Of a stretch of DNA of 26,710 bases, positions 22,082-26,710 are shown piece by piece. Every line of letters begins with the position of its first letter. Within the stretch, counting starts at the first letter, position 1. Under the pieces are notes generated by a model that was not told where the DNA came from, did not search any database, and saw only the letters and a program-made list of their open reading frames with translations. The DNA comes from Octopus sinensis (taxonomy: Eukaryota), in NCBI RefSeq assembly GCF_006345805.1, contig NW_021834129.1, positions 1 through 26,710 on the forward strand, in the 5' to 3' direction. The position numbers and the translations under genes are program-made.

Positions 22082-22621
22082 ATATATATATATATATATA
22101 TATTATCTACATGTATGTATGTACGTACGTTTGTGTGTATATAAAATAAACGAATTCAGAAATTATAATCATGAAATATATTCCATCATTCACAGAATTT
22201 ACGCCCACACGCGATCGATTGGAACAAACGAATCTGTTTTATATATGTGTGCTTATACATGTATCATTTATCAATGTATCTGAATTAATGTGTGTGTGTG
22301 TGTGTATATATGTGTGTGTGTGTGTGTGCGTGCGTACGCACCTGCGAATTCCTGTTGTTCGTATGAATAAGATGTTGCTAAGCTATCTTAATAATATCGG
22401 CAATCAGTGGATAAATATGTAATCTTGGCTAATGAACTTCGATCTCCCTGACTCTTGTCGTGCTTTTATCAATATAGTTTACAAATCTAAATTTACATAA
22501 ACTGTTTATATCAAAATTCCAGATCCAATTTCAAAACTTTTTTAATATTCCTCACTCTCTCTAACCGCCTTCGCATCGAGAAACATAGAGAATTTACCAT
22601 ATTTGATGGCTTTTAGGTCCT

Positions 22622-22800
22622 TTTATGTTTTACATGCGTCGATCATTAGACTGCAGCCACGCGTGGGCACCGCCTTGAGAAGATTTTTTTAGTCGAATGT
22701 ATCGACTCCAGTACTTATTTTATCAAGCCTGGTACTTACTACGGGGACGTAAATTCACCAACATCGGTCTTCAAGCGGTGGGGAGAAGGTGACAAACACC
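22622..22800 (-). mobile_element. 3' half of the 6962-type SINE
   Basis: Reverse complement matches GATGTTGGTG..TTTACGTCCCCGTA...AAGTACCAGGCTTG...GCTGCAGTCTAATGA. Confidence 0.7.
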
Positions 22801-22827
22801 AGTGACAAGACAACAAACTTTATATAT

Positions 22828-22878
<51 letters not shown>

Positions 22879-22965
22879 ATATACATAATATATATATATA
22901 TATATATATATATCTAATATATATATATATATAGATATATATATATATATATATAGTTGAAGTTT

Positions 22966-23160
22966 ACAGAAAAACAAAAGACAAAGACAGGTGTATGAAC
23001 AACAAGCAGGTGTGTTAGTTTGACGCTCGGGAAAGTGAGAACTTCTTTTACGTTTCGAGCCTACGCTCTTCAAAAGAAAGGAATAAGAGAAAATAAACAG
23101 AGAGAGAATAAAAAAAAGATTTGTGGATTTAGCGGTCAACCATGGCAACTAAAGTGATAT
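22966..23160 (-). mobile_element. (TA)n-embedded repeat with a degenerate hammerhead-like motif at 23045-23081
   Basis: CUUU-CUUUUGA-A-GAGC GUAG GCUC-GAA-ACGU-A|AAAG; TA tracts on both sides. Confidence 0.5.
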
Positions 23161-23177
23161 CTAGACATATATATATA

Positions 23178-23362
23178 CGAGGGGTGCTGTAAAATTTGTG
23201 GCTTTAAGGGTATCGAGAAAGGCCTGGTTGGAGGTCCTAATTTCTGAGTTCTTTTACAGGGCTTAGTAAAACTGAAGGACCCCTGCAATAAGTGTAGGAA
23301 TCTGGGAGGGGAATATACCGAATAAAATCATAATTAACTGATCCTGTATTTTTTTACCCAAA
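23178..23362 (+). mobile_element. Mariner-derived non-autonomous element, right TIR missing
   Basis: TA|CGAGGGGTGCTGTAAAATTTGTGGC left end; internal frame LQGLVKLKDPCNKCRNLGGEYTE-stop resembles the mariner transposase C-terminus. Confidence 0.7.
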
Positions 23363-23561
23363 TTTTGGTATGTGGTGAAGCAAATATTTTTGCTAAGCCC
23401 TAATTATAATTATGTTTATAATTATAAAAATTTTTGCTTAAGTTTACCAATAATGGTTCTTTTAACATGCCGAACTACTTGGTAAAATTATTAATTATTA
23501 ATTAATTAATTAATTAATTAATTAATTAATTTTACCCTTTATTATTATTGATATATATATA

Positions 23562-23786
23562 TGTTTGCGTGTATGTGTCTGTCCCCCCAACATCGCTTGA
23601 CAACCGATGCTGGTGTGTTTGCGTCCCCGTAACTTAGCGGTTCGGCAAATGAATCCGAAAGAATAAGTACTATGCTGGCAAAGAATAAGTACTATGCTTG
23701 CAAAGAATAAGTCTCGATTTGTTCAACTAAAGGCGATGCTCCAGCATGGCTGCAGTCAAATGACTGAAACAAATTAAAGAGTAAAA
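23562..23786 (+). mobile_element. 3' half of the 6962-type SINE with an internal 22-bp tandem duplication
   Basis: GACAACCGATGCTGGTGTGTTTGCGTCCCCGTAACTTAGCGGTTCGGCAAA...GCATGGCTGCAGTCAAATGACTGAAAC; AAGAATAAGTACTATGCTKGCA occurs twice. Confidence 0.75.
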
Positions 23787-24002
23787 TCATAAAAGATCAA
23801 ATAGGCCTGCTTCACTAAACTACTATAGGAGTGACCAACAATGTACTTTTAACAATTGATCTGAAAGGACAGCTTGGAGACTACTAAGACTTAATGACCA
23901 ATAGGCTATTAAGCTATAGATGTCGGTGGCCAAATCTAAGGAAGGAGATATAAAAAGAACATCTCTATTGACCAGTTTATTGAGGGTTGGTCGTAAGTGA
24001 TC

Positions 24003-24248
24003 AGATAAGATCAGACAAATGTTATCAGAGATCAGCTCAGGCGCAGTTTCGCTATCAAACGAAAGAGAACCTAGATTTTCAGTGAAGCGGTAGCTAAGAG
24101 GGTTGATGTCGAGTGAGAAACGTCGGACTTTGTAGCGTTATGTTCAGATAAGAATTGTAATTTATCAAAGAGGAACGTTGAACCAATAATCATGTCTTTG
24201 CCTCGCATGAAGAGGATTTGGTTCAGAGGTCAAAGGTCGAGAGGTTAA
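24003..24248. promoter_or_regulatory. Candidate intronic enhancer: GATA cluster plus tandem nuclear-receptor half-sites
   Basis: WGATAR at 24003, 24022, 24052, 24146 and 24162; GGTTCA-g-AGGTCA-a-AGGTCG at 24220-24239. Motif evidence only. Confidence 0.3.
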
Positions 24249-24576
24249 CAAGTCTCGTTAATTATTCACACTCCCATGTGTTGGTGGGTGTATGTGAGTG
24301 AGTGGTGTGTGTGTGTGTGTGTTTTGCATATATCTATGTATGTATATATGTGTATATACCTGTATGTATACATATATTTATATACGCGCACACGCACGCA
24401 CACACACACACACATATATAAATATGTGTGTATATACATCGTTTTATATATATGTAGTTATATATATATATAATTATATATATATATACATATTACATTC
24501 ATGCATAGATATCGCCAAACAGACAGATTAAGTAATTGATTCATAGATATTAAGGAATAAGATTTGTGTGTGTGTT

Positions 24577-24608
<32 letters not shown>

Positions 24609-24757
24609 CTATACCAAATAACACATCTGATGCTACGTAGTCTTAAATATATATGTAGATAAGTATGTGCGCATGTACATATGAATATATGAATGTGTGT
24701 GTATATATATATATATACACACACACACATATATATATATATATAGAAAGAGAGAGA

Positions 24758-24793
<36 letters not shown>

Positions 24794-24968
24794 AACAAAG
24801 ACCGACAGAGAGAAAGAAACAAACACAGACACAAATATGCACTAAAACACAGTCTAAGCCCTGACACAGAACCCAATGGGTGTTACAGGAACGCATATAA
24901 TAGACATACATGTACACACACACATATATATATATACGCATATATACATACATACATACATACATACA

Positions 24969-24999
<31 letters not shown>

Positions 25000-25207
25000 T
25001 GTATATGTATATATATATATATATATATATAATATATTATATATATATAATATAATGCACACACAGACACACAAATATAATTCAAGGAAAAAACATAAAA
25101 AAATTTTATTAGAGGCCAGCCTTAGAAAATAGACCAATTTGTATAAATTTCATATATAGAGATTTATAGTAGTATAAAAAAAAAAAATTATATATATCTT
25201 TATTGCT

Positions 25208-25367
25208 CACAAGGAACTAAACATAGAGGGGACAAACATCGACCCCAGTGCAAAACTGGTACTTTATTTATCTACCCCAAAAGGATGAAAGGCAAAGTCG
25301 ACCTGGGCGGAATTTGAACTCAGAACGTAACGGTAGACAAAATACCGCTAAGCATTTTGCCCGGCGT
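25208..25367 (-). mobile_element. 5'-truncated Meta-like SINE, inverted relative to the adjacent array
   Basis: Minus strand ACGCCGGGCAAAATGCTTAGCGGTATTTTGTC...GAGTTCAAATTCCGCCCAGGTCGACTTTGCCTTTCATCC. Confidence 0.8.
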
Positions 25368-26015
25368 TATGCACCGGAGTCGATGTAATCGACTTAATTC
25401 GTTTGTCTGTCCTTGTTTGTCCCCTCTGTGCTTAGCCCCTTGTGGGTAGTAAAGAAATAGGTATTTCTCCTGCCGCTACGTTCTGAATTCAAATTTCGCC
25501 GAGGTCGATTTTTCCTTTCATACTTTCGGGGTCGATTAAATAAGTACCAGTTATGCACTGGAGTCGATATAATCGACTTAATCCGTTTGTCTGTCCTTGT
25601 TTATCCTCTCTGTGTTTAGCCCCTTTTGGGTAGTAAAGAAATAGGTATTTCTCCTGCCGCTACGTTCTGAATTCAATTTCGCCGAGGTCGATTTTGCCTT
25701 TCATACTTTCGCGGTCGATTAAATAAGTACCAGTTATGCACTGGAGTCGATATAATCGACTTAATCCGTTTGTCTGTCCTTGTTTATCCTCTCTGTGTTT
25801 AGCCCCTTTTGGGTAGTAAAGAAATAGGTACTTCGTCTGCCGTTACGTTCTGAGTTCAAATTCCACCGAGTTCGACTTTGCCTTTCATCCTTTCGGGGTC
25901 GATTAAATAAGTACCAGTTACGCACTGGGGTCGATATAATCGACTTAATCCGTTTTATCTGTCCTTGTTTGTCCCCTCTGTGTTTAGCCCCTTGTGGGTA
26001 GTAAAGAAATAGGTA
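25366..26015 (+). repeat. Tandem array of ~3.5 SINE-derived 184-bp units
   Basis: Unit starts (GTTAYGCACYGG) at 25366, 25550, 25733 and 25917. Confidence 0.95.
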
Positions 26016-26456
26016 GTAAAGAAACAAGTATTTATTATTATTATTAATATTATTATTATTATTATTATTAGTATTAGTATTAGTATTGTATTTTTAATTC
26101 CATTCCAGTGCTTACCTGAAGTTAGCTAACCTAGTTCAAATCATACCAATTCAATCCTTACCGACATAAAATACTACCTACTAATATTTACTTCATTAAT
26201 TAAAATATTATTTTCATTTACATTTTAAATTTTATGTTACAGATTTTAGATTTTAGATTTTAAAATTTAAATATCAAATATTTATATATTTATATACTTG
26301 TATGTTTTAATATTGTATTATCTATAACTTTATATCGATCTATTGAGATCCAACGAAAGTACACATATATATATTGAATATTCTATTGGATAGTAGGTTA
26401 TGTTTCTCTAGTTTTCCGCTGATATTGCCTCCATTCAAATTATACATACATAATGT

Positions 26457-26489
<33 letters not shown>

Positions 26490-26710
26490 TTGTGTGTGTG
26501 TGTGTGTGTGTATAAATTAGGAAAAAACCACCTTTTATCAATTCAAAATGAAAAATAAAATTACACCATCTAGAAAATTACATATAATAGAAATATTAAA
26601 TATAAGATAAAAATATATACGTTTTATTTATTATTTTGCACATTACTTAATCATATATCAAGTATATTATTTTTTATCTTATATTTAATATTTCCATTAT
26701 ATGTAATTTT

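Larger units (their letters stand above)
20326..26710 (-). other. Actin intron (codon 41/42), 3' portion; >6.3 kb
   Basis: No sequence encoding [31 protein letters not shown] was found on the minus strand between 20328 and 26710. Confidence 0.75.

Noticed and set aside
23447-23456. CArG box CCAATAATGG in the actin intron
   Set aside because: Relevant to SRF-regulated actins, but a single CC(W)6GG is expected by chance in AT-rich 27 kb; no supporting context.
23823-24137. 104-codon stop-free minus-strand frame (RYKVRRFSLD...HCWSLL)
   Set aside because: No ATG or recognisable domain; a frame this long is plausible by chance in a window this size.
26111-26118. Minus-strand CAG|GTAAG as the donor of the actin codon-41 exon
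   Set aside because: Upstream bases do not encode RPRHQ and the phase-0 frame has a stop (AGC TAA CTT CAG).

Overview
Repeat-dense, AT-rich eukaryotic DNA; the SINE/LINE families and microsatellite load look like an octopus (coleoid cephalopod) genome, which is an inference from recalled repeat sequences. The only supportable gene is a divergent cytoplasmic-type actin on the minus strand: one 1005-nt exon (20325->19321) encodes residues G42-F375 after a canonical acceptor at the conserved codon 41/42 intron position. The exon for residues 1-41 is not in the window, so that intron is >6.3 kb. Nearly all other listed ORFs are microsatellite translation artefacts. The rest is tRNA-derived SINEs, R4/Dong-like and RTE-like LINE fragments, a mariner relic, MITE/foldback elements, a Helitron-like 3' end, a 67-bp two-monomer higher-order satellite and many microsatellites. 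The most interesting signal is a dispersed set of type I hammerhead-ribozyme-like motifs (2.8, 18.6, 20.7, 21.6/21.7 and 23.1 kb, plus a partial one at 6.4 kb). The two best share a non-canonical core (an extra A on each side of helix II) and a covarying CAG-capped helix III. Two motifs sit in long near-perfect palindromes next to (TA)n tracts, and one palindrome ends at the predicted cleavage site. This suggests Penelope-like/retrozyme-type elements inside and downstream of the actin gene. All alignments and folds were done by hand; none has been confirmed computationally.
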